Source: Kiritimatiellia bacterium
Lineage (GTDB): Bacteria > Verrucomicrobiota > Kiritimatiellia > RFP12 > UBA1067
NCBI GenBank assembly: GCA_017463935.1
Contig: JAFUEM010000002.1
Coordinates: forward strand, 531 to 64,530
DNA: 64,000 bases
Direction of reading: 5' to 3'
The first letter of the stretch is position 1. The number at the start of each line of letters is the position of its first letter. Shown here piece by piece: positions 8,773-17,015 of the stretch. The notes beneath the pieces were generated by a model. The model made no database searches and was not told the DNA's origin. It was given only the letters and a program-made list of their open reading frames with translations. A program made the position numbers and the translations under genes.

Positions 8773-9195
8773 TCACGACTTGTCTTCCGGCTTCAATTTC
8801 TCACATGTCTCTTCCACATTCGCATGAACAAGAGTCATGCAACGCGCAAGCACAAGTTCTGCGCCATCCGCCCGGTTGTTACAGCACTCGCATAATGGCG
8901 CTATAAACACCCGCTTATCATCTGAACCCTTTATCATCACATGACATCCTTCTATCTCAGCAAGCTTTCCATTTTTTGTCTTTCCAGTGCAACCAGCAAC
9001 CGCACAATCCCCAGCCCCAGGGGCATTCTTATCGCTTAAAGTCTCCCAATGCCTTATCCATGGACCGCAATTTGGGCATTCCCTGCTTTTCTTTGCCGTT
9101 CCATTTCGATTGATCAATACAGTCCCCGCAGGAACAAATTTCTGCGAGAAAATCTTGATTATCTCGTTAGCAACCTCATCATTTTGATTTTCCAT
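8773..9195 (-). CDS. Small Cys-rich putative zinc-binding His-Me (HNH-like) finger protein
   Basis: ATG 9195 is preceded by GGAGGT. The protein is 140 aa with 10 Cys. The pattern CPNC..CAVAGC..GCHV..(D)KRVFIAPLCECCNNR fits a zinc-stabilised beta-beta-alpha nuclease finger. There is no closer family assignment by eye. Confidence 0.45.
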   Translation of the reverse strand: MENQNDEVANEIIKIFSQKFVPAGTVLINRNGTAKKSRECPNCGPWIRHWETLSDKNAPGAGDCAVAGCTGKTKNGKLAEIEGCHVMIKGSDDKRVFIAPLCECCNNRADGAELVLARCMTLVHANVEETCEKLKPEDKS

Positions 9196-9438
9196 TTGGC
9201 ACCTCCATTTCTTGGATTATTCTTATGTTGTGACCGCACTCGCAGTCAGCGGGAAAGTTAGAAAAGAATTCCTACAAGTTTCTACAAAATCGCAGGAAAT
9301 TTGACAAGACAAGAATTGGTCTTTTATGCTTGCAATGGCAATAGTATCCTATTTGCGCCGACAATATCAATGCAACCTTGCGCTCTTTCTCAAACTCGCG
9401 CCACACGCCTGACATGAAGATTCGGTAGGTCATACAAG

Positions 9439-11787
9439 TTATGCGTGGTGGACAATTTTAAGAGCAAGGTTCACATAAGTTTTCAATTCTATTGGATCTG
9501 GAACATCTGCAGAAACGCCTGTAACCCGATGATGGAAACGCTGAGTATATGCGTTAACATCTTCCAAGTCTGTTACAAGACATTTACAAGGCGCCATTAC
9601 ATCATGTATTTGGGCGTTTTTGATACAGCTTATCATATCACCAAGCCAGACTTTCTCTCCAAAATTCAATGGATACTTATAGTGAAGATATGTTTCCAAT
9701 AGCGGCCTAATCCGTCCAACGACTTCTTTTAGTTTATCATGATAAAGATCTGGATTGTCCGCATAACCTGCTAGTTCCATATAATCCGTTTCATACGATT
9801 TTGATGGCAACTGCGGAAGTTCGCCATGCTTCAACTCTATTGCAGAACCCATTTGAGGAATCTCAAATGCCCGAATCTCATTACGTGCAATACCCTTGTC
9901 GGACATAAACATCTGAACAAATTCAATATTATGTGAGAGCAGGAAGAATTGGGAACACGCGTTTGCTTTCCGCTTTAGCAGACTAATTGTCTGCGATTGT
10001 CTACTACGGTCTTGATCGTGATATGGATCATCAATAACTACAATTGCGGAAGCAAGATTAGAATCCGTTTCCAACTTGGCCAAAAAGAACGCCAAGGCCA
10101 AGGCGCTACAGTCTCCACCACTTAAACTATTTGAAAGAGACAGCCGCGATGGGTCATCAGCCGCCCCAGATGAACAGTCAACTTGTGCTGACTGTCCATT
10201 AGCTGAGATTTTTATAGACAATTGCCCCGACGCCACACCTCCTCTCAAATTGACACCATCGTTTCCAACAGTAAAATTGACTCCAAATACGCCAAGAATT
10301 TCATTAATCTTATCTCCAAATGAATCAAATATCGACTTAGACTCTTCTTTTAGAGCATCATTAGCTTGCGTCTTCGCATCTTGAGCGGCTTGCTTGGCTA
10401 ATAGCGCACTATCATATTCCTGATAAGCGCTAACAACACTTTTCTCATAACGTTTCTTCTGTAGTTCTAACAGACTTAACTCTTTAGTAGAATCGTCAAT
10501 GTTGATGGTAGCAATTGACCGTTGGAACTCCTTTATTTGCGCATTGGCTACATCAATAGCATCGTTATATGCTGTAATACACGATTGCATACTGCCAAGT
10601 GAATCTAATGCAACAATCTCGCTTTCAAGCAGGGGAACTGCAATGGTCAGATTACTTTGCTTCCGCGCTATCGCCGCCAATGCCACACGAAGAACCCGTG
10701 AATAGATCCCTTTAATGGCTTCAACATCAAACGATGGCAATGCAATCGACAAGCCACAGGCATCTTTCCACCATGAAACGTCTCCAGAATTTTGTTTTGC
10801 AACATTAACTAATTCTATTTGTGCCTTATCCCCCATACAACTTTGAAAAGCAGATCTAACACCACTTCGACGATTTTCTTGTTGTTTCAACGCCCCAGAA
10901 AAGAATACTTTATATGTTGTAAATAAATCAACATGAGACATAACCTGCCCACAGTATGGGCATAGTGTCCCAGTTTGAGCCTCATATCCTTGTTTTATCC
11001 AGTCAACAGACAACTTTTTAGGATCTGAACATAGAGCAAGGTGTTCTTTGATTTTTCCTTCCGCAGTCAACGCCGCGTCATCAAGCGTTGTCGACAAAAC
11101 ACTTTCCAAATCACTTTTTGCAATTGACGGCATTGCTATCTTTTGCATCAACCCATGTTTACGAATCTGATCGGCCTTGGACTTTTTATTTTTATCAGCA
11201 GTAATACGCGCCTTGAGTCCCAATATCTTAACATCAACATCATCAACTTTCTCAAGTGTTCTGAAGGTATCTATCTGCTGACCCGCCGGGATCAGAGCTG
11301 AAAGCACAGATGCACATCGCGAAACAGCCTCTGTTGCTCTAGTAAGTTCATCTCCTGCTTTTTGAACAGCCCTATTAAGTTCAATTGCTTTTGGCCCTAA
11401 TGCCAGACTATACACATTTCGCTTCTGCTCAACACCAATTTGGCCACCGACAATCACATTATCCTTGACAAATCGTTGGTCAAAAACAAGAATGTGCGAT
11501 CCATCAAGTGGACAATTCCATTGTCCATTATTAAATACCAGATGCTGATTATTATCGGAAAGCAAGTCAATAAGCGGTTCCGCCTCTCCGCCAATCCTCT
11601 TACGTCCAATAACATACGATGAATTTTGTGTATCCAACGATCTGAGAACGTCGCACAGTGTTGTCTTTCCGCAAGCATTTAGAGCATATATGACATTCAC
11701 CTTGCTAAACTCACCATCATTACCGCTTGATGACCTAAGCTTCTCGAATCGACCAACGTTTTCTAGTTTAATGATTCTTTTTATCAT
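9439..11787 (-). CDS. RloC/AAA_13-like ABC-type ATPase with coiled-coil zinc hook (candidate anticodon nuclease or defence ATPase)
   Basis: ATG 11787 is preceded by AAGGAG. Walker A is ALNACGKTT, with signature LSGGD and Walker B IVVIDDP in the C-terminal third. A long helical insertion contains CPYC (aa 276-279, nt 10951-10962). The C-terminal RPLLETYLHYKYP..QRFHH resembles the PrrC/RloC-type tail. Confidence 0.6.
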   Translation of the reverse strand: MIKRIIKLENVGRFEKLRSSSGNDGEFSKVNVIYALNACGKTTLCDVLRSLDTQNSSYVIGRKRIGGEAEPLIDLLSDNNQHLVFNNGQWNCPLDGSHILVFDQRFVKDNVIVGGQIGVEQKRNVYSLALGPKAIELNRAVQKAGDELTRATEAVSRCASVLSALIPAGQQIDTFRTLEKVDDVDVKILGLKARITADKNKKSKADQIRKHGLMQKIAMPSIAKSDLESVLSTTLDDAALTAEGKIKEHLALCSDPKKLSVDWIKQGYEAQTGTLCPYCGQVMSHVDLFTTYKVFFSGALKQQENRRSGVRSAFQSCMGDKAQIELVNVAKQNSGDVSWWKDACGLSIALPSFDVEAIKGIYSRVLRVALAAIARKQSNLTIAVPLLESEIVALDSLGSMQSCITAYNDAIDVANAQIKEFQRSIATINIDDSTKELSLLELQKKRYEKSVVSAYQEYDSALLAKQAAQDAKTQANDALKEESKSIFDSFGDKINEILGVFGVNFTVGNDGVNLRGGVASGQLSIKISANGQSAQVDCSSGAADDPSRLSLSNSLSGGDCSALALAFFLAKLETDSNLASAIVVIDDPYHDQDRSRQSQTISLLKRKANACSQFFLLSHNIEFVQMFMSDKGIARNEIRAFEIPQMGSAIELKHGELPQLPSKSYETDYMELAGYADNPDLYHDKLKEVVGRIRPLLETYLHYKYPLNFGEKVWLGDMISCIKNAQIHDVMAPCKCLVTDLEDVNAYTQRFHHRVTGVSADVPDPIELKTYVNLALKIVHHA

Positions 11788-11830
11788 TTCATCACTCCTT
11801 CTTAGAGAAAAATTCCATGACCTTTCCTCA

Positions 11831-11861
11831 ATCTACACGTTCTACATGTTCTACACGGCTA
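11831..11861 (-). repeat. Tri-nonamer element, GTGTAGAAC family, solo copy
   Basis: The reverse complement tagccgtgtagaacatgtagaacgtgtagat shares TAGCCGTGTAGAAC.. with the arm at 23411-23442. It abuts and overlaps the stop codon of 11859..12323 and lies 44 nt upstream of the ATPase start. Confidence 0.85.
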
Positions 11862-12323
11862 TTTCTGGAGCGGCGTCCAGAGGCCGGTTTCCGAGATCTG
11901 TTCAAGGATGAAGTCGCAGTCCAAGGGCTTGTGCGAGATCTGGGACTTCGCCCTTTGCTCCTGAAGGACGGCGTCGGTCTGTTGCGGCAGAAATTCGTCG
12001 AGGTAGTACACCCACCCGGACCGAAGGTTGGAGCACAGATTCGTGAGCGACGGCTCGCTTACGGAGTCCAATGCGCAGACAAGGCGCTGTATCGAGTTTG
12101 ACATAGCCTGGTAGTCCGAAAACAATATGTCGTACGAAACCATGAGGTGCGAGGCGACGAGGTCGTTCGTGTTCGCCGCCAGACGCTGCTGCGCCAGCTC
12201 GTAGACGTTCGTCCAGTTGCCCTGATACCAGTCGTTCGTAACAGCGTGATAGTTGTCCGCCGACGGGGCCGCATGCGCGAACGCCGAGAGCGAGAATGCA
12301 ATTGCCGCGATTGTATTCTTCAT
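11859..12323 (-). CDS. Secreted hypothetical protein (tandem paralogue 2, envelope module 2)
   Basis: ATG 12323 follows GAGGGA. Signal peptide MKNTIAAIAFSLSAFAHA. It shares YHAVTNDWYxGNxxNVxELxxxRLAANTNDLV with 12333..12809. Confidence 0.7.
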   Translation of the reverse strand: MKNTIAAIAFSLSAFAHAAPSADNYHAVTNDWYQGNWTNVYELAQQRLAANTNDLVASHLMVSYDILFSDYQAMSNSIQRLVCALDSVSEPSLTNLCSNLRSGWVYYLDEFLPQQTDAVLQEQRAKSQISHKPLDCDFILEQISETGLWTPLQK

Positions 12324-12332
12324 GTCGTTCCC

Positions 12333-12809
12333 TCATTGCTGATTCACCGGCGTCCACATCCCGTTGTCCCAAAGGAGCTTGAGCCACCTTTTTTCGGGGA
12401 TCGGCTTGTGGGGAAGGCTCGCCTTCGGCAGTTCTGCACGCCGCATCTCCTCCGTCACGTTGGGCAGCACCTGGTCGCGGAACGCCACCATGACCGGACG
12501 CAGCCTCTGGAAGTCGTTGCTGAACGCGGCGTTCGTCACGGCGTCGGAGAGGGCTATGGTCCGCGTCACGGAATTGGACAGCGTCGGGATGTCGGCGAAG
12601 CAGATGTCCCAGCTCAGCTTGAGATAAGCCCCCACAAGGTCGTTCGTGTTCGCGGCGAGCCTTGCCGATGAGAGTTCGAGCACGTTCGAGAAGTTCCCGT
12701 TGTACCAGTCGTTCGTAACGGCGTGGTAGCTGTCCTGCGAAGGGGCAGCCGCGGCCACCGCTCCGGCCATCGTGAAGAGCGCCGCCAGCATTGTCGTTTT
12801 TCCAGTCAT
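12333..12809 (-). CDS. Secreted hypothetical protein (tandem paralogue 1, envelope module 2)
   Basis: Internal ATG 12809 (MTGKTTMLAALFTMAGAVAAAAPS.., AGGAA upstream) of track ORF 12333..13322. The 5' extension of that ORF overlaps the 938-aa gene and is rejected. Confidence 0.7.
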   Translation of the reverse strand: MTGKTTMLAALFTMAGAVAAAAPSQDSYHAVTNDWYNGNFSNVLELSSARLAANTNDLVGAYLKLSWDICFADIPTLSNSVTRTIALSDAVTNAAFSNDFQRLRPVMVAFRDQVLPNVTEEMRRAELPKASLPHKPIPEKRWLKLLWDNGMWTPVNQQ

Positions 12810-12841
12810 TTCCTTGTTCCTTTCTTTTCGAGTATCCATTG

Positions 12842-15658
12842 TCAATGCCCGTCCCCGACGCGCTGCGTCGTGAATCCGGGCGAGATGAAGTTGAAGTTGA
12901 AGTCGATGTCGGGCATGAATGTCGTGTGGTTGTCGGTCGGCCTGGCGTTCGGCCACAGCCGCCTTTCCTTCACGTCCGCGCCTGCCCAGACGTTCGTGGC
13001 CATTGCCTGCATCGTCTCGTCGAGGTCGGCTCCATCCGCGACGGCAGTCCCTGCATCCCAGCTCGCCGATCCGGCATCGTCGTCCCATGTGCCGTACCTG
13101 TAGCGGGCAAGCCACCGGGAGAGCGCAAACACATTGATCCTCTCCGTTTCGTATGCAACGAGAAAATTCGAGAGCTTCGCGACGCGCATGGGCACTCCGC
13201 GGAATGTCGCCACGGCACCCATGCCCGAAAGGTCGTTGACCTGGTTGTAGTGCCACACCGTCGGTGCCAAGGCGGAGTCCACTCGCCCGAGGTAGTCGCC
13301 GACGCCGTTGTCGTTGAACCATTCCTCGCCAAATGAAATGGTCTGCCGCTCAAGGTACGTGTAGTGCGAAAGCAGGTGCGCTATCGTCGCGTCCACGTCC
13401 ACCATGCCGGAGGCGAACACGCCGTCGATGCTCGCTCCTGAGAGCGGAAGCACCACGTTGCCCTCCGTCCAAGGGGAGCCGTCGCAGCGGCCCCTGAAGC
13501 GGTATACCCCTCCCTGCGTGGGATTCACGAATTGCGCCGCAAGCCCGCCCCCGTGCGAGAACGCACCGCTCATCTGCGGCTTCGCCTCGATGACCTCCCA
13601 GTCGCAGGGAAGCGACGATCCGTTCACCCCCGTCGGCGCGAGGACAAGGTTCATGTCCACGGTGAAGTTCGTGACGGAGAACCCACTGTCGCCCAGCGCC
13701 GCGACATTGCAGAACGGAACGACGAGATGTCTGTCCGAGGCGAGACTGTTCGTGATTGAAAAAGGACATGCCGTCTCGCCGTTGAACGTAGGCGGGTTGG
13801 GACTTGTCCCTGCGTATGCGCATGTCATGTCAAGATTCGTCACGCAGGCGACAGTGAGGTGCGCCATGTTAGTGTACGACTGTCCGGCGATCTCGCTCAC
13901 AAGCCGAAACTCCACGTCGTCAATCGAATCGCTCAGAACCGCGCCCTTTACCTCCATCCAGCCGCTCCCCTGCGAGAGAACAGTTATCTTGTCCGCCCCT
14001 GCCGTGCATTCAAGCGACATCGACGCCTCAGCGTTCGACGAGCCGGGCGGATCGTACACACCCGAGACGATGTGGCTGTTGCCGCCGCGCATGATCACTC
14101 GCGGCGCGGAGATGGAGACCCACGCCGAAGTGTTCGTCTCGTTCACGCGCTGGCAGCCGCACTGCGACTCCCAGTTGAACAGCCTTGAGTATCCCTCCCA
14201 GAGTGCCGTCACCTGCCACCACTGCGAATAGCCAGAGCAGTGGCAGGTGTCGCAGCAGTTCCACACATAATTGCTCGCATTGCATTCAACAGAGCAGCAG
14301 TTGCCGGTCACCGCGCCGATCACCACGCCTATATCTGGGCTGCTCGTAATGCGTCCGCCGCTCTCGCCTCCCTCAAGATCGATGTCGACCGGCCTCTCGA
14401 CCTCAAAATCGTCGCTCGGCCCAATTCCGCCACCAGCCCCCAGCAAACGCAGTCCTGGCGTCGGCAAATTTGATGGTCGAACTGTGTTCGACCTATCCAC
14501 TATCTCCGCCTCTGAGTCGCTTGCCGCTATGCCATCCACCGGCCAGCTTGCGGTCACGTGGTATCTCGCCCCCATCAGCATCGGCACTTCGCACGCCTGC
14601 CCCTCGTTGGCCAACACGACCATGTCGCCGAGGTTACTCGGCCCGTCACAGGCGATCGTCACCCTCGTCCCGTCATGTGTCGGCGCAAACGCAAGCCAGA
14701 AGTAGGCGTTTTCGTTGGCATCCGCGTTCCACACTATTTCGTATCCGTCGTCCGCATCAGGCACCGCCGACAGCACGCCCCGGCAATTCGCGTTGAGCCA
14801 GTCTAGTCCGGTTCCGAAGCAGTCGCCGTCGGATGCCGTCGGCCATTCGTCGATCAGATTGTCGAGACCGTCTCCGTCCCAGTCGTTCGGGTTGATGCGC
14901 CGGAACACCCTCAGAAAGTCGTTGCTTCTCACTGTAAAGTCGCCGTTCGCGTTCAGGGTAATCTGCGCGTTGACGGCCTCGTTCGTGTCGCCGCCCGCAA
15001 AGAACCGCTCCCACGTGACAGTTCGCGTACCTTCGCTCGCGTGCGCCCACAGGCGGCTTTCTCCTTGCATTGCAAGCGTGTCCCCCAGTTCAGCCGAAGC
15101 CATGAACTCGGAACCACGCAGCGCGTCCTGCAGTCTCCCGTCCATGAACCACCAGAATGCCGAGGTCGTCGCGTTGCTCGGCCCATAGGGAAACGCCCAG
15201 CCTGTCGCCTCTCCTCCGACGGAATCAAGATCAACGACGTGCCTTCCGAAATCAGACCGAGCACCATGCAGGTGAAGCTTTCCGATGTACACGGCGTTCG
15301 TCGGCATGGCAAAAGAATGCCCCGCTTCGTTTGTAACCGATACAAGCCGATATCCTTGCGCTATCTCTTCCGCCGTCACCGTCGGCTCCGGCTCTCCCAC
15401 CCCTGCCAAGCGTAGATTTGATAGCCGAAATATGCTCGACCTGCCGCCACCATTGCCCGGCTTCTGTGCCTCGACCGTGGCAACAACCGCCATAGCAACA
15501 AGCAGAGTCTGCACAAAACGCGGCAGAGCCCTAAGCTGCCCCCACGCCGCCTTGAGCGACCTTCTCATTGTCATTGCGGCGAGCATGCCGTAGAACAGCA
15601 GGCCCGCAGCAAGCGCGACTAAATTCCAGTTAATCTCCATCGAAATCGTTTCACCCAT
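12842..15658 (-). CDS. Giant membrane-anchored Cys-rich protein (envelope module 2), paralogue of 6074..8599 with an unrelated C-terminal half
   Basis: ATG 15658 (alternative 15640). The double hydrophobic N-terminus, shared ~370-aa region and Cys cluster (GNCCSVECN..CCDTCHCSG..SQCGCQ) match module 1. The C-terminal ~450 aa have no counterpart in the 841-aa protein and no recognisable domain. Confidence 0.7.
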   Translation of the reverse strand: MGETISMEINWNLVALAAGLLFYGMLAAMTMRRSLKAAWGQLRALPRFVQTLLVAMAVVATVEAQKPGNGGGRSSIFRLSNLRLAGVGEPEPTVTAEEIAQGYRLVSVTNEAGHSFAMPTNAVYIGKLHLHGARSDFGRHVVDLDSVGGEATGWAFPYGPSNATTSAFWWFMDGRLQDALRGSEFMASAELGDTLAMQGESRLWAHASEGTRTVTWERFFAGGDTNEAVNAQITLNANGDFTVRSNDFLRVFRRINPNDWDGDGLDNLIDEWPTASDGDCFGTGLDWLNANCRGVLSAVPDADDGYEIVWNADANENAYFWLAFAPTHDGTRVTIACDGPSNLGDMVVLANEGQACEVPMLMGARYHVTASWPVDGIAASDSEAEIVDRSNTVRPSNLPTPGLRLLGAGGGIGPSDDFEVERPVDIDLEGGESGGRITSSPDIGVVIGAVTGNCCSVECNASNYVWNCCDTCHCSGYSQWWQVTALWEGYSRLFNWESQCGCQRVNETNTSAWVSISAPRVIMRGGNSHIVSGVYDPPGSSNAEASMSLECTAGADKITVLSQGSGWMEVKGAVLSDSIDDVEFRLVSEIAGQSYTNMAHLTVACVTNLDMTCAYAGTSPNPPTFNGETACPFSITNSLASDRHLVVPFCNVAALGDSGFSVTNFTVDMNLVLAPTGVNGSSLPCDWEVIEAKPQMSGAFSHGGGLAAQFVNPTQGGVYRFRGRCDGSPWTEGNVVLPLSGASIDGVFASGMVDVDATIAHLLSHYTYLERQTISFGEEWFNDNGVGDYLGRVDSALAPTVWHYNQVNDLSGMGAVATFRGVPMRVAKLSNFLVAYETERINVFALSRWLARYRYGTWDDDAGSASWDAGTAVADGADLDETMQAMATNVWAGADVKERRLWPNARPTDNHTTFMPDIDFNFNFISPGFTTQRVGDGH
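12886..12903. repeat. Tandem hexamer block (TGAAGT x3)
   Basis: Read directly. It encodes ..DFNFNF.. nine codons before the stop of the 938-aa gene. Confidence 0.7.
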
Positions 15659-15665
15659 CTACTGC

Positions 15666-16142
15666 CTATCTGAGCCTTATAGAGAAGGTCTTGTTCTCAA
15701 TGATCTCGGAGACCGTCTCCCCAACAGACCCCGGTCCACGTTTGACAACCTTCGCAAGGTCCCAGACCGGATTGAAGTGTCGGTGTCCTATGCTCACCAT
15801 GTCCACCGTTACATCGGCGACAATCCCCTCTTGGTAATCCACGAGGTACCGCTCGCCGCAGTCGTCGCCGAACACGAACGCCGTCTCGTTCTCGGACAGA
15901 TCGCCGTTCTCGTCGGCGTCGCAGCCGACAGCGACCAGCACCTCGCTCGCAGTTGCGTCAGAGACCTGAATCCTCAGGCTGAACACATCAAGCCGCTCTG
16001 CGTTTACCCGCAGCGGGATGTTGGTGGCGACCTCAGTGTCCGGGAGCGTCCCCTCCGGAAGCTGCGGCCAGTCGCACACCTTGACCGCGTATGCACCGAG
16101 CGAAAGCACTGCGGTCATCGCCGTGACAGTAAGTTTCTTCAT
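15666..16142 (-). CDS. Secreted hypothetical protein (first gene of envelope module 2)
   Basis: Internal ATG 16142 (GAAAGGA upstream) gives MKKLTVTAMTAVLSLGAYAV.. with a signal peptide and no recognisable domain. Confidence 0.6.
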   Translation of the reverse strand: MKKLTVTAMTAVLSLGAYAVKVCDWPQLPEGTLPDTEVATNIPLRVNAERLDVFSLRIQVSDATASEVLVAVGCDADENGDLSENETAFVFGDDCGERYLVDYQEGIVADVTVDMVSIGHRHFNPVWDLAKVVKRGPGSVGETVSEIIENKTFSIRLR

Positions 16143-16205
16143 TGCGTCAATCCTTTCACCCTCCCTGCCGGGTCGTCGATAGTATAGCAATTAAGGGGAT
16201 TCTGC

Positions 16206-16225
16206 AACTTGTCACGAACTTGTCA
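16206..16225 (+). promoter_or_regulatory. Direct repeat AACTTGTCA x2 with 11-bp period (candidate OmpR-family operator)
   Basis: aacttgtca occurs at 16206-16214 and 16217-16225, in the 174-bp divergent intergenic region between 15666..16142(-) and the response regulator (+). Confidence 0.55.
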
Positions 16226-16244
16226 AACGCGAAAAAGGAGGCCC

Positions 16245-16270
16245 CGAAGTTGTCATTGCTGACAACTTCG
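16245..16270. promoter_or_regulatory. Perfect 11-bp inverted repeat CGAAGTTGTCA-ttgc-TGACAACTTCG (related half-sites)
   Basis: Read directly. The half-site AAGTTGTCA differs at one base from the direct-repeat unit. It lies 47 nt upstream of the regulator ATG. Confidence 0.55.
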
Positions 16271-16316
16271 CGATTTTGCCTAACCCGCCGGGCCGGATAA
16301 ATGATATAATGTTCTC

Positions 16317-17015
16317 ATGAGAACCTTGAGAGTACTTGTAGCAGAAGACACGACACCCGACTTCGATGCAATCAGATCGCACATCGAATCGATGAAGGTC
16401 GAAGGATGCCGGTTCGAGGTCGTCAGGACGAGCGACGGGCGCGAGGCGCTTTCGCGAATGCGGAACGAGGACTTTGCGCTCGTCGTGCTCGACGTGTGCC
16501 TTCCCCGCATGGACGGCCGCGCCATACTGAAGAGCATCCGGCGTCAGAAGCCGTTCCTGCCGATTGTCGCCGTGAGCTCCTTTCAGGGCGACGCCGGGGA
16601 GTCCGAAACGCTGAACGCTGGTGCCGACGACTTCATCGCGAAGCCGTTCAGCGAGCGGACATTCCAGGCACGGATAAAGAAGGCGCTTTGGCACGGAAGC
16701 CTTGCGTCGATGGAAAAGACCTTCTCCTGGGGGCATGTCCGCATGACCATCGACACGCGCGCCGCCGAATACCGGGGCGAGAGGCTGGATCTCTCGGACC
16801 ACGAGTTCAACATCCTCCTGCAGCTTGTCCAGGCACAGGGGCGCATCGTCGAGGCCAACGCGCTGGAACGCTCCGCATGGGGCGACGTCGAGCGCTTCTC
16901 CATGCGTCTGGCGAACAAGATCAAGACCCTGCGAAACAAGTTCGAGGCGCTTGGCGCGCCCCGAGAGATCATCGACACGAACAGAGGTATGGGATATGTT
17001 CTTCGCGAATACTGA
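16317..17015 (+). CDS. OmpR/PhoB-family response regulator
   Basis: Receiver domain (..ALVVLDVCLPRMDG..KPF) plus a winged-helix output (..LSDHEFNILLQLV..GMGYVL). TATAAT at 16305-16310 ends 6 nt before the ATG and there is no SD, so the transcript may be leaderless. Confidence 0.85.
   Translation: MRTLRVLVAEDTTPDFDAIRSHIESMKVEGCRFEVVRTSDGREALSRMRNEDFALVVLDVCLPRMDGRAILKSIRRQKPFLPIVAVSSFQGDAGESETLNAGADDFIAKPFSERTFQARIKKALWHGSLASMEKTFSWGHVRMTIDTRAAEYRGERLDLSDHEFNILLQLVQAQGRIVEANALERSAWGDVERFSMRLANKIKTLRNKFEALGAPREIIDTNRGMGYVLREY

Noticed and set aside
12810-13322. 5' extensions of track ORFs: 12333..13322, 1611..2612, 2273..2941, 15666..16190, 35052..36503, 52300..52860, 56395..57726 and 58665..59396.
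   Set aside because: The extensions overlap the upstream gene or are R/A-rich. Internal ATGs with SD-like sequences or ATGA coupling give N-termini matching the expected families.
6074-15658. Whether the two giant paralogues are a diversity-generating retroelement target/template pair.
   Set aside because: There is no reverse transcriptase gene and no short template-like repeat. Divergence is spread over the whole shared region rather than confined to an adenine-specific variable patch.
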